DNA of 64,000 nucleotides, taken from the NCBI RefSeq assembly GCF_035084215.1, contig NC_090370.1, forward strand, positions 21,266,001-21,330,000, in the 5' to 3' direction. The position numbers and the translations under genes were made by a program. The notes below the pieces were generated by a model. It worked only from the letters and a program-made list of their open reading frames with translations. It searched no databases and had not been told where the DNA came from. Origin of the DNA: Heptranchias perlo. Taxonomy: Eukaryota. This document shows positions 12,085 to 24,699 of the stretch, in pieces (positions within the stretch are counted from its first letter, which is position 1; every line of letters starts with the position of its first letter).

Positions 12085-12670
12085 ATAAGAATACAGAACG
12101 AATCCAGACTTGCACTTTGCCCAGAGACTGAGTTACAGAATGAATCCCACACTGAGATAGAATACCAGAGATTGACAGATACCGAATGAATCCCACACTC
12201 ACACACATTCCCAGAGATTGACAGAAACAGAATGAATCCCACACTCACAGATAGCACCAGAGATTGACAGATACAGAATGAATCCCACACTCACACACAT
12301 TCCCTGAGATTGACAGATACAGAATGAATCCCACACTCACACACATTCCCTGAGATTGACAGTTACAGAATGAATCCCACACTCACACACATTCCCTGAG
12401 ATTGACAGATACAGAATGAATCCCACACTCACAGATAGCACCAGAGATTGACAGAAACAGAATGAATCCCACACTCAAAGATAGCACCAGAGATTGACAG
12501 ATACACAATGAATCCCACACTCACACACAGTATCAGAGACTGACAGATACAGAATGAATCCCACACTCACAGACTGTACTGGAGACTGACTGATACAGAA
12601 TTAATATCACACTCACATACAGTATCAGAGACTGACAGACAGAGAATTAATCTCACACTCTCATACAATC
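12085..12670. repeat. 46-bp satellite array
   Basis: Tandem ACAGATACAGAATGAATCCCACACTCACACAC...GAGATTG units. Confidence 0.92.
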
Positions 12671-13039
12671 TGACATCTACTGGCCATAAGTGAGAACTGT
12701 AACAGAGTGGAACAAATTCACATTATCTGTCGTTGTTACAGATTCAGGACAATGTGCAATGTGAGGAAATAGTTTCTCTCTGTAACTTCTACTCTCGTAT
12801 TTTTTCATATTTTTTCAGTGAAAAATTGGACAATTGATTCATAATAAAGTTTTTGTTTTGCTCATTCGAAAGTTGCCCCATTGTATTTCACTCTGCATTG
12901 CGCAACATTTCTGTCTGATTTCTCAGGACACGATTTATATTAATCCAAATAAACCAAACTGAAACACAAATAAAAACTGAGCGCAAATCTGGAAGTTTGA
13001 ATGGCGACCGTCAAAAGTGAAAGGGACAAAATATAGAAA

Positions 13040-13146
13040 AAATTAAAACCGAAAATGCTGGAAAGACTCAGCAGGTCCGGCAGCATCTGTGGAGAAGGGA
13101 AGCTCGGGTTAACGGTTCAGGACTATGACCCTTCTCTCGATCAGAA
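13040..13146 (-). mobile_element. Decayed Penelope-type terminal repeat with degenerate hammerhead
   Basis: AAATGCTGGAAAGACTCAGCAGGTCCGGCAGCATCTGTGGAG...GTTAACGGTTCAGG...TCAGAA; the minus strand reads CTGAT...GAACCGTTAAC (GAAA core mutated). Confidence 0.6.
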
Positions 13147-13426
13147 AGGTTAATCAGACATAATTTAAATACGGAACGGGAATCAGCAGACGGAAAACCT
13201 TCAGAAAATCAATTAATTTCACTGAATCCGAGCAATTGAGTCCCGTATCCACCATTCAGATCAGGGCAAGTAATAATACAAAGGAACACAGTTAAATTCA
13301 ACGTTATGGGGGAAATAAATGAATTTTAGAAGTATTTTTACATTAATTAGACCCGTTTGTGTTTTGGAAACACGATCACTCTGAACATCGTCAAATTCAG
13401 TTCCAGTCTTGGTGTTTCTGAATTCA

Positions 13427-13494
13427 GCGTGCTGGGATTCAAATCTGTTGGAATTAACTGCTTGGAAGGCAGCTATACTCACCATAATAGTGCC
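13427..13494 (-). pseudogene. Highly decayed tRNA-Gly(TCC) relic
   Basis: Minus strand TGGTGAGTATAGCTGCCTTCCAAGCAGTT matches the tRNA-Gly D/anticodon arm; acceptor and T arms decayed. Confidence 0.7.
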
Positions 13495-13649
13495 TTATTT
13501 CACCAGGAGGGAGAAGTCGAGTGTTTCTGTGGAGTTTCGGACTGAATTGCTCCCTTTGGGTTTCTGGCACTTTAATCATAGACAATAAATAGTTCCCAAA
13601 CATCAGCCCCTGAACAGACACAAGAAGCTGGTGGAATTTCTCATTCATA

Positions 13650-14620
13650 GATATTAAATAAGAGGATGGCAAAAGCGAATAGGAAGAGGTTCGGAAGAAG
13701 TCACCAAAACAATTAGGGAAGCAAACAGGAACCACGAAATCAAATTATCAAGGAATATAAAAATAAATAGTAAATTATTCCACTGATACAAAAATAACAA
13801 AAGGAAAATCAGAATATCTTGAGTGCCACGAAGGGATGCACAAGATAAACTCACAGATAACGTAAGCGAAATGGCAGAAATATTGAATTGTGACATTGTC
13901 TCAGTATTTACCCGGGAGATTAACAGGGTGAATATATTAGAGGAAGAGGTCAATAAAGATATCAAGGCATTTAAGTTAGAAAGGGTGGTTAAACTCCTGG
14001 TCCAGATAGATTGCATCTGTGCATATTAAATGAAGCAAGGGTAGAGATAGCAGAGGCACTGTTACATATATAGGAAAAAATCATCACAAAAAGGAACAGT
14101 GCCAGAGGACTGGATGACAGCTAATGTGATTCTTATATTTTAAATCAGGTGAAAGAACAAGTCCAGGGAACGATAGACCAGTTAACGAAAGGTCGGTGGT
14201 AGGAATGATCATGGAATCTTTTACTCAATGATGCAACAGAAAAACATCTCGAAACCGAAAATATAATAAAACAGTTTGACAGAAGGTTTGACAGTTTAAA
14301 TTACAGTTCAACATAACTTATTTGCTTTTCAATTCTCTTCCTCTAGAAATAAACCCCAGTGCTTTGTTCGCTTTTTATGGCCTTATCAACTTGTGTTGCT
14401 ACTTTTAATGATTTGTCAATCTGTACCCCTAAATCCCTTGCTTTTACCCCATTTAGACTCTTATTTTCCAAGCAGTATATGGCCTCCTTATTCCCCCTAG
14501 CCAAATGCACCACCTCACACCTTTCTATATGGAAATTCAATGGCCATTTACACCGCCTTTCGGCAAGCTTATTAATTCTTCTTGTATAGGCTATACCCCC
14601 TAAATTAATTACAAGGATTT
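13650..14620. mobile_element. Old CR1 LINE fragments (both orientations)
   Basis: + strand EMAEILN..SVFTRE and DW.TANV-like segments; - strand MNFHIERCEVVHL (14343..14540). Confidence 0.75.
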
Positions 14621-14859
14621 AACACAGCATTACAACGAATGTTTGATCTAACAAAATATACTTGCAACTCGTCTCCATTCCCAGTTTTTCTAAATCCCAC
14701 TCGTGCAATATAATGTGAAGAATTCGTTTCTGTTCTGTCCCTCTCTCATCTGCAAACTTCACTGTCCCGGGGTTTGGGGACATCTACTGGCCGGAAGCAG
14801 AACTGCAACAGTTCGGAACAAATTGCTGAAACCGGACAATGTGCAGTGTGAGCGTGTTT

Positions 14860-15030
14860 GTGATTGGTGGCAGTTATTAAATCAGATTGGATATCTGACG
14901 AAACCAATCAGAGAGTTACAGTTAATAATTATTGTGACCTCACTCCTAATGACCCAATCACAATCATTGCCTTCACCCATCCCTCATTACCATAGGGCTG
15001 TGGGGACTGCCTATTTAATCCGAGCTCGGA
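14860..15030 (+). promoter_or_regulatory. H2B promoter
   Basis: Several CCAAT/ATTGG boxes, octamer-like CTCATTACCATAGG near 14982, TATTTAA near 15012. Confidence 0.65.
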
Positions 15031-15071
15031 GGGAATTTGTGTCATTTCTCAGTCTGAAATTGAGTTTGAAA

Positions 15072-15446
15072 ATGCCTGAGGACAAGAAAGCAGCTCCCAA
15101 GAAGGGCGCCAAGAAAACCTTGAGTAAAGCACCAGCCAAAGGCGGCAGGAAGCGTAGAAAGTCGAGGAAAGAGAGTTACTCCATCTACATCTACAAAGTG
15201 ATGAAGCAGGTTCACCCCGACACCGGCATCTCCTCCAAGGCCATGAGCATCATGAACTCCTTTGTGACCGATATTTTCGAGCGCATCGCAGGTGAGGCTT
15301 CCCGCCTGGCCCATTACAACAAGCGGGCGACTATCAGTTCCCGGGAGATCCAGACCGCCGTGCGCCTGCTGCTGCCCGGGGAACTGGCCAAGCACGCCGT
15401 GTCAGAAGGGACAAAGGCGGTGACCAAATACACCAGCTCCAAGTAA
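15072..15446 (+). CDS. H2B: Histone H2B (124 aa)
   Basis: Intronless intact [14 protein letters not shown]...[26 protein letters not shown]...TKYTSSK; true start is the ATG at 15072. Confidence 0.97.
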   Translation: MPEDKKAAPKKGAKKTLSKAPAKGGRKRRKSRKESYSIYIYKVMKQVHPDTGISSKAMSIMNSFVTDIFERIAGEASRLAHYNKRATISSREIQTAVRLLLPGELAKHAVSEGTKAVTKYTSSK

Positions 15447-15476
15447 AACTCCACAATGAACTGAAAAAAAAACAAC

Positions 15477-15492
15477 GGCTCTTTTAAGAGCC
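15477..15492 (+). terminator. Histone stem-loop plus HDE
   Basis: GGCTCTTTTAAGAGCC ACCCA; AAAGAGCTG at 15509-15517. Confidence 0.93.
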
Positions 15493-16131
15493 ACCCACAA
15501 CCTCTCTGAAAGAGCTGCATTTCCTGTATATTTAATTAGGATCATTTTATTGCAGCAATATTATTATTCCAATCGAAAAGTGACTCGAACTACCCCGTTC
15601 AAATCCCTGGCCCCTAAAATGAACACGAGTTTATGATCCGCTCCTTCCCATTTGTTTTGATCTTAAAGCATCACTATTCTGGCCTCTCATCCCCTTTATG
15701 GCCCCCTCAGCAATTCCGTTCTATGAATGCAGTTTCTGAAATATTTATGGACTGACGTGAAAATCCCCAGATTAACAGTAACCCCACCCCTTGCAGTAAC
15801 AGCGGAATCGGGGCAGAATGAGAGCTCTGTCCTGGTCCCTCTTTTCACAGAAGCACTCCCGGCTCTGAGAAGGTACCAATCTGTAACGTTTCACTTTTCT
15901 AAAGACTAAAGTCAAATGTGTCCTTTCACGGAATGCTGTGAATGGGGCTTTAGTCCCGTCCGGTGCAGTTTGAAAGCGATGGTCGAATGAGCCATAATTT
16001 AAAGCAGATTTTAAAACAGAGCGAGCGATTAGTGACGGGGAGCGCTGAATAAGACAAGATAAAAAGAACGGGTTTAAAATCTTGTGCTCAGGGCGACATT
16101 GATCGAAATCCGATCCTTCACTGCACTGAAA

Positions 16132-16148
16132 TTGGCGGGCTTTTTGAA
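16132..16148 (+). promoter_or_regulatory. E2F/CDE-CHR-like composite site upstream of H2A
   Basis: TTGGCGG-GCTT-TTTGAA. Confidence 0.55.
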
Positions 16149-16334
16149 ATTCATAAAATTCCTGGTCTGACCGTTGAGGCCGGTAAATCCCGCCCTCTTC
16201 TAATTTCCAGCTACCTGGTTGGTTAATGAAATAGGCAAATGAGGTGTAATAAGGTACAACCAATCAGATGATCTTTCAGTCTTTGAGAAGGGTCAATGCA
16301 GAAGTCATTCCTCATTCTTTGTGAGATTGTGAAC

Positions 16335-16723
<389 letters not shown>

Positions 16724-16753
16724 AGCGGCCAAGATTTAATCTGATATCCCAAA

Positions 16754-16769
16754 GGCTCTTTTCAGAGCC
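16754..16769 (+). terminator. Histone stem-loop
   Basis: GGCTCTTTTCAGAGCC ACCCA. Confidence 0.92.
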
Positions 16770-17449
16770 ACCCACTGTATCTTTGAAATGGCTGGTTCCT
16801 GACTGAAGAGAGTCAGGAATCAATTTAATAAGGACTTGATTCCGATTCTCGAACAAACAATAACTTATTAATTACAAATGATCCAGATCGGTCTGTTGAA
16901 GTACTCGCTTCCGGACAGCAGATGTCGCCAACCTCCAATAGATTGATATTTGCAGTTTGTGTGGTGAATGAGACAAAATATCAAAATTGTCATTAAACTG
17001 GGCGGGTGGGACACAGAAATACCAGGGACATTTGATCATCGGCATCAAGAGGCATTCTGTTGTGTTCCACACAATATTATTTACAGTCTCATCCTCCGAC
17101 AACACTTGCTCGGTCTGTGTTATTTTACCCAGATTTGTGCAACAGAAGCTGACTGATGTGTTGAATATTGTGTCAGCGATTGCTGAATCAAGAATGTGAG
17201 TGAAATTTGCCCGTCTTATTGGATGTGATTGAGGGATTGATTCTGTCCCTGTATCAGTTACGAGTGTTAGTGAATGTAACACTAATGTTTTACACTGCTT
17301 CTGATTCTAGCGCTGATAGAGAACAAGACACACTGCCTTTCGATCTATTAGTGCGAGTTGCATTGAAACAGCCTCTGCCACTATATCTGCAGGGGGAGAA
17401 TAGACTGAAACGTTATATGATCCGAGTCTGATTCCTTACATCCAGCATG

Positions 17450-17584
17450 GGTTTCAGGTCCCGTCCGATTGCACCTGTCCTTCAGTGCTGGACTCAAATG
17501 TCCAGTAAAGTGTTGGAGTGAGGCTTGAACTTTGAAACCCCTGACTCCGACATTCGAGTGTTTCCAACCGAGCCAAGCTGACAC
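17450..17584 (-). mobile_element. tRNA-headed SINE 5' part (resembles shark Deu-SINE heads)
   Basis: Minus strand GTGTCAGCTTGGCTCGGTTGG (A box) ... GAGTCAG ... AGTTCAAGCCTCACTCCA (B box); family assignment from recollection only. Confidence 0.55.
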
Positions 17585-18107
17585 GACATTGGAAATGAGA
17601 ACTTGTATCTCTCGTGCTTTCCACGAGTCCCTCTCTGTACATATGTCCCAGTAAGTTTGACACTGGGGGTGTATGTACCTCATGTGAAAGAGTGGGGTCG
17701 GAATCAGAACTTTCTGCAGCTGTTTGCCAGAACTTTCTCTGTCCGAATGAGGCACTGGTGGTGATGAGAGTCAGTCTGATGGAATTCACCTCCCTCCAGT
17801 CCTGCGTGTGTGTGGAAATGAAACTGTCTCCGTTTCAAATTCCTCATGTTGGTCAGTCTGGAATTGGCACTCCTCTCTGGTGCTGAATCTTCGTCCAAAA
17901 TGAACAGCAGCTGTTTCTGCCATAAAACGTAGATCGGCTCTGTTCCCATCTCTCCGCTGTTATGATGGGCCAACAGATTGTCAGGCCTTGCGTCTGACAT
18001 CCGCTCACTCCCCTTTATGGATTTCCCATTTAATCAAATTTCTGTGAACTGCACGGCCCTGCGATTTCAACCCCAGAGATCACAGCTCTTTCCTTTGCTG
18101 ATTTGGT

Positions 18108-18123
18108 GGCTCTGAAAAGAGCC
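18108..18123 (-). terminator. Histone stem-loop plus HDE (H3)
   Basis: Reverse complement GGCTCTTTTCAGAGCC; AAAGAGCTG at 18083-18091. Confidence 0.92.
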
Positions 18124-18156
18124 TTTGTTGCACTTGGTGCTGAAGGCGGGTCGGGT

Positions 18157-18832
<676 letters not shown>

Positions 18833-19430
18833 TCAGAGCATCAAATAACAGTTTGAAGAAAATCTCATTTCCCTCCAGCAATTTAAGAATCTCTCTCTTT
18901 ATAAACTCCATTATTTCCTACTCGTCAGCACAAATCTCAGGCTGATTCACATTCCGGTTCATTCTCTGACCTGTCTGTAAACGGGCGGGAATAAAGTCCC
19001 GGTCATTGCTTTCCGTGGGAAGCGGGACAAAGTCCAGCTTCGATTTCAAAAATCCCGCCAGTTCCGGCCCGGTGAACGGCTCCTCAAACAGAAACTTCAC
19101 ATCGAACTGATATTTGAATGAGGGCAAGAAATAAACACCGAGCAGAGAGAACAGAGCGGGAGAGAGAGTGAGGAGGGATTTTACTCTGAGTGAAGAATGT
19201 AATGTCTGTGGAAAGACTCTGCATCCCCGCCTGTTCATTTATACCGTGAAACCGGGAATTCCGCTCCTTCTCTCGGAATGGCCGAGAACCCCGGCCATTT
19301 TTCTGATCTCCCTGTAACGAGTGCTGGAGAAATCTCCCCATATTAATAGAATATCGGAAACTACTTCCCCACCCCGAGATCGTCCCACTCCCCCTTCCCA
19401 GGTCACTGCTCTCTCTGTGAGGCGGTGGGT

Positions 19431-19446
19431 GGCTCTTAGAAGAGCC
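19431..19446 (-). terminator. Histone stem-loop (H4)
   Basis: Reverse complement GGCTCTTCTAAGAGCC ACCCA. Confidence 0.9.
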
Positions 19447-19481
19447 TTTGTTTTGTGTTTGGTTGGAAAGGGTCGAGTCGT

Positions 19482-19802
<321 letters not shown>

Positions 19803-20645
19803 TCACTGAAATGAACAGCTAAATCGTGCTGGTTCCCTTTTTTATGCAGACTGCCCCGACCTGACTGAAACATGCACAGAGTGAAAGTGGGAGGGGAGGA
19901 GACAGAGTGAGAAATTAAACAGAGAGGGGAGGAGACAGAGTGAGATATTAAACAGGGAGGGGAGGAGAGAATCAGAGTGATGGACAGGGCGGAGAGCGGT
20001 CTCTGATCTTCCAGCTCCAACTCCAGCTTTGTCCACCCGCCAATTTCAAACCGTTCATCGATAATAGAACCGAATCACAGCGGTCCGCACAAACCCTTAC
20101 AGACTCGGGCTTCATATTCAAGGATTTACAGAAACCCGGAGCTTTTAAATAAGTCCCGTTACAATTATCAGTCAGTAATATTTCTGCCTAAATACAGTCC
20201 CTTCTATAACTGGTCAACCCGCCGGCTTCCATTTCAGTCCAAGACCCGATTCTATCTCCCACACATTCCCTCCCAGACGGATTCAGCAGTTTACAAACAC
20301 ATTATTCCAGCTGATTTGGAGAATCTCATGTGTTGGGGTTTGAATTGTGATAGCGGCGGATCTCCGCCAGTTTTCCCCTGTCACGGACCCTGGCCCTGAA
20401 TCTGTGAGAAAAAGAATGAACTGGGACTGGAGGTGAACACGCCCCCAGTTACAGTGAGGCCCGGCCCGGGTATCCCATTCTCTCTATTTTATATCAGACA
20501 GTGGGAGTGGGGCGGGGGGAGGGAATGTCAGCGAGTCACCAGGACCCTGGGTTTATTGTAAATGATTTCTATCTGAAATCTGAGCCCGGCCCCGGGACAG
20601 GAATCATCTGATTCCGGGATCAGCTCTTTTCTGAGAGACGTGGGT

Positions 20646-20661
20646 GGCTCTGAGAAGAGCC
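20646..20661 (-). terminator. Histone stem-loop plus HDE (H1)
   Basis: Reverse complement GGCTCTTCTCAGAGCC; AAAGAGCTG at 20621-20629. Confidence 0.9.
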
Positions 20662-20697
20662 GTTGGGTTCAGATGGTCACAAGTTGCACTTGATTTT

Positions 20698-21339
20698 TTA
20701 CTTCTTTTTGCCTGCTGCTTTCTTCGGTTTGGGCTTGGCGCTCGGTTTTTGTACCTTCTTCGCCTTCGCCTTTACTGGCTTGGGGGTCTTGGGCTTCTTC
20801 ACAGCCGCTTTCTTCTTAATTGGTGATTTCGCCGCCTTCTTTGTGGTCGATTTCTTGACAGCTGTTTTCTTGACCGCTGGTTTCTTGGCCGTTAATTTCC
20901 TGGCCGCTGGTTTCTTGGCCGTTAATTTCCTGGCCGCTGGTTTCTTTGCCGCTGGTTTCTTTCCGGGAGATTTCTTGCTTCCTTGTTTCTTCACCTTCTT
21001 TCCCACTTTTTCCTGGGCTTCCTTCTTAGCAACTCTGAAGGAGCCCGAGGCGCCCGTGCCCTTGATCTGCACCAGGGAGCCTTTTTCCACATTTCTCTTG
21101 ATACTTAATTTGATCTGGGTCCGGTGCTTCTCCACATCCAGGCCTTTGGTAGCCAGAATCTTCTTTATCGCGGCCAGGGATATCCCCTTGCGATCCTTGC
21201 AATCCGCCACAATCTTGAGGATCTGTTCGCCCAATTTGGGACCGGCTGTCTTGGGTCGGTGAACCGCCTTCTTCTTCTTCGGAGCATTGGTTTGAGCGGC
21301 GTGGGGAGGTGCCGTTTCGGCGGCTGCAGTATCTGTCAT
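20698..21339 (-). CDS. H1: Linker histone H1 (213 aa)
   Basis: [11 protein letters not shown]...; globular domain with [11 protein letters not shown] and KGTGASGSF; K/A/P-rich tail with S/TPxK motifs. Confidence 0.95.
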   Translation of the reverse strand: MTDTAAAETAPPHAAQTNAPKKKKAVHRPKTAGPKLGEQILKIVADCKDRKGISLAAIKKILATKGLDVEKHRTQIKLSIKRNVEKGSLVQIKGTGASGSFRVAKKEAQEKVGKKVKKQGSKKSPGKKPAAKKPAARKLTAKKPAARKLTAKKPAVKKTAVKKSTTKKAAKSPIKKKAAVKKPKTPKPVKAKAKKVQKPSAKPKPKKAAGKKK

Positions 21340-21409
21340 GTCCGGGACTCTGTGGAAAATCTCTCTGACAGTCAGAGCTGGGTCAGAAATGAAACGAGAG
21401 GCGGCGGCA

Positions 21410-21510
21410 CAGAGCAACTTAAAGGCACAGAGCGGACGGGGCGGAGACAACCTGCTGTCAGCTCTCGGCACCTCCAGCCTCTCTGTGTTTCTCTCTCCTC
21501 TTAAACTACC
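21410..21510 (-). promoter_or_regulatory. H1 promoter with H1 box
   Basis: AAACACA on the minus strand at 21484-21490, GC box, TTTAAG TATA-like box. Confidence 0.7.
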
Positions 21511-22439
21511 CGATTCTAATTATAATCGGGCACTCCAGAGTCCCAGACTAGCCCCTTCCCATCTCCAACACCGGAATGTTTGCTGTCGAAAAACTTTCAC
21601 CGGAATTAAAAGCACCAGTTTCGATTTAAACCCGTTTCATTGCTGCACTGATCGCGCTCTCTCACCCGATCGCTGACATGATTTCTGTTTTTCGGCTGAA
21701 ATCTTGAATTGGACAAAAACCGTACCTTTAATTTTCACTTCGGGTCTCGGCAGGGGAGGAGGGCGATCCTTTGACAGGGATTTTTAAAAAAATACTCAAA
21801 AGGGACTGGGACATCTGGCGATGAGACCGGCCACACAAACACAGTGGCATTAATCTAACCCGCCCGCCCATTTCACACACTCTCTCTGACACAATGTTCA
21901 CATCTGTACATTCACAGGACAAACTGTTCTCCAGATTGACAATTCCCGGGACAAGCTTTCCTCCCCACTCGGCCTGTGCTGCGGATTCTCGGGGGTTGGT
22001 TGTCGTTTCCCAGCTCAGGAACTGTTAAACACTCTGAGGCCGGCGCTCCTCACAGTCTCTGGTCTCCAGATTCAGGGACAGGAGCCAATCACAGCTCTGG
22101 CTGTGATAATCCATATCTGCTTTTACATTATTGTATTGTTCGCACACAGAAATATGTTTGGTTAAGTTGAAAATTCAAATTATCCGCTCTGGGCTCCTCC
22201 AGTCTCTCTGTGTTTCCTTCTCCTGCTAAACTGACTGACAGGCAATAGTAACTGGCGTCCGATCCATCCCATTCTCCACACACAGAGACGGCTGGTTACT
22301 GAATAAATTCAACACTCACAGACAGTCCGGAGTCAGACTGTTACAGGCTGTTTCTCGCCACCTTTACTTTTCGGCGGATAAATGCACCGTCAGACCGGCT
22401 CATATACAGTAGAAGGGAGAGTAATCGTCTCACCAACAG

Positions 22440-22780
22440 CACAGAGACACAGAATCAGTCTTTCACATTTCATCAGTGGGTCTATATTACGCTCAGTAAC
22501 AGTGTCCCGCATTCATGTGCAGAAATTAAGCGAGAGAGAGAGAGAGAGACGGACCGGCTGATAAACGCACAGAGACACAGTCAGACAGACGCAGAATCAG
22601 TCTCACACATCCCATCAATGTGTCCGTTTCACGCTCAGTAAACATTATCGCAGCTTCATGTACAGCGCTCGAGAGAGAGAGATACAGACAGGCACAGTAT
22701 CAGTCTCACACTTCCCATCAATGTGTCTGTATCATGCTCAATAACAGTATCGCACCTCCAGATAAAGTACAAGAGAGACA
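22440..22780. repeat. Degenerate ~100-140 bp repeats with (AG)n
   Basis: Recurring CAG(A/T)ATCAGTCT...CATCA.TG.GTC...GCTCA.TAA at ~22450, ~22592, ~22695; related sequence at 7150-7290. Confidence 0.55.
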
Positions 22781-23513
22781 GAGAAACTGAGCTGTAATGA
22801 GCGGTTTTCACCCAGTACCAAATCGGGAATCATTCCATTCCAATTACTATTCCAAGGTTGAATGACAGAAGATGCAGTCTCATCTGTAACTGATCTTATT
22901 CCAGAGACAGACACGTTATTAATCCCACTCTCAGGGACAGTGTCACACGTTTAATCCTCTCTTGCAGATTGTACTCTCTGCAATCTTGCAGCAGAGGGCG
23001 GTTCAGTATTACTCTCAGTGACCGAGAGTTTCACTCCGATTGAAATAAACTGGGACTGTGGCCGTCAGATATTCATCCTGCACAGTCCCAGCAAATACAC
23101 CGAGTCCCACTTTCCTCCCATGTTTCTCCAGGATTGGTTTGAGAAATCCTCCCTCCAGTTTCGGGTTCACGCGTTGCTTTATCAGTAGAGGAACCAAGAA
23201 TGAACAGAACCCATTGTCTCATTCCACAGCCGCCCAAGTTATCTCTGTTAGACCCTTTACCATCAAAAGATACCGAGAGAAACAGCAGGGATGGAAACAT
23301 CTCGTTTAACAGTTGGAGATTGTAAAGTCAGTCTGGATTCCAGCGTTCGGCACCGGTGGAATCCCATCTGTTTCCCATTCTGGTGCCTGTTCCTGCACTG
23401 CCTGTGGACCCCATTCCCTCTGACCTTTCCCCCACTTCCTTTGCTCAGACTCTGAAAAATTCCAATTGGGAAAAATTTCCACCTATTTTTGTATTGGGAA
23501 TTAAACCAGATAT

Positions 23514-23900
23514 CTGCGCATGCGTGATTCAGCCCCGCCCTCAGCGCTGGTGAGCAGAAGAGCGCATGCGCGCTCCCCTCCCCCAGCTCGGCCTGTGGGC
23601 GCCATTCCCTCAGTGAGCGGAAGAAGATGGTTAAAAACAGCCGGGAATGGAGAGATCACGGCCCCCGGGGGAAGGGAGCAAAGAGCAGCCTCGTTACAGC
23701 AGCTCATCGCTCCGGGACCGTGTCCGCAGATGGGCTCAGAGATCGGCATTGAGTCCGGGGGAAGGTCAGGGGGAGTCCGGGGGCTGTTTGTAAGAGGCGG
23801 AGTGGATCAGGAACTGGTCCCGGAACATGGAGTGAGCGGGGGAAGGGAGAGGTCATTCTCGGGCTGTGTGTGTCCAGGGTGTGTCCAGGGTGAGGGAGAC
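23514..23900 (+). promoter_or_regulatory. CpG-rich promoter-like element, copy 2
   Basis: Paralog of 8055-8400 with the same NRF1/GC/ETS motifs. Confidence 0.6.
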
Positions 23901-24699
23901 TGAATGGGAAGAACCTGCTATTAAAAATCATTGCTGCTTTCTCTCCCCAAACCAGGAGTGAATTGTTCCTGGTTTAGTTTCAGTCTCACCCTGTTTATTG
24001 TGATTGGACAGTGAACAGTGGAAACAGAGCCGGACAGTAAGGATGTGGGGAGTGAAACAAAAAGCATCTATTGCAGGCACCAGGTGAGAAGTGTGAAGGA
24101 CACGATTTAAAAAGAGGCTGTTTGGTTTCGGTTGAACGGTTAGTCCCATTGGAGAGGGGATTAGAAACCTGACCGGTGCAAAGGTCCCTGCCACATCGGG
24201 TAGTCCCATTCATGGATCAGTGCAGGGGTTGGGTTGTGTCTGGATATCACTAAATTGTTTTAAAATCGCCCAACACACCTGGTATACAGAAGCTGAGAGC
24301 TGCAGTACTGCAGTGGAGTCAGACACTGACACTCTTTGTATCACTGGTTTTCATTTGTGGATATTCAAAATGATCATTAACAGATATATTAAATTGATCA
24401 CTTTTGTATTTTCTACCTCACCTGTTCCTGAGCAACAAGATATAATTTTCTTTCGACAGGCAAATCCTTGAAGGACCCAGAATAAATGTGATGTTTCCTC
24501 CACCTGAGTCAGAAGGAACAGTGCAGCCAGCTCCTTCTCACAAACAGTAGGTATATTATCATTCACAGAGCACAGAGACACAGACAGGTCATCAGGTCCA
24601 CAGTCTCAGACTGCAGAAGTGGTCAGGCCCACTTAAATACTGGGAAAAATTATTTATACATTTAGGTATGAAAGATACAGTTTTGAACGCCATATTCTG

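Noticed and set aside
13040-13146. Active hammerhead ribozyme (also 33493-33600)
   Set aside because: Both catalytic boxes are disrupted (insertion in CUGANGA, GAAA changed to GAAC)
14703-15071. N-terminally extended H2B (also the extended H1, H2A and H3 ORF calls)
   Set aside because: Extensions run through CCAAT/TATA promoter sequence and differ between paralogs; canonical ATGs are downstream
17755-17782. C/D box snoRNA (GTGATGA...CTGA)
   Set aside because: Boxes only 8 nt apart with no terminal stem or guide region
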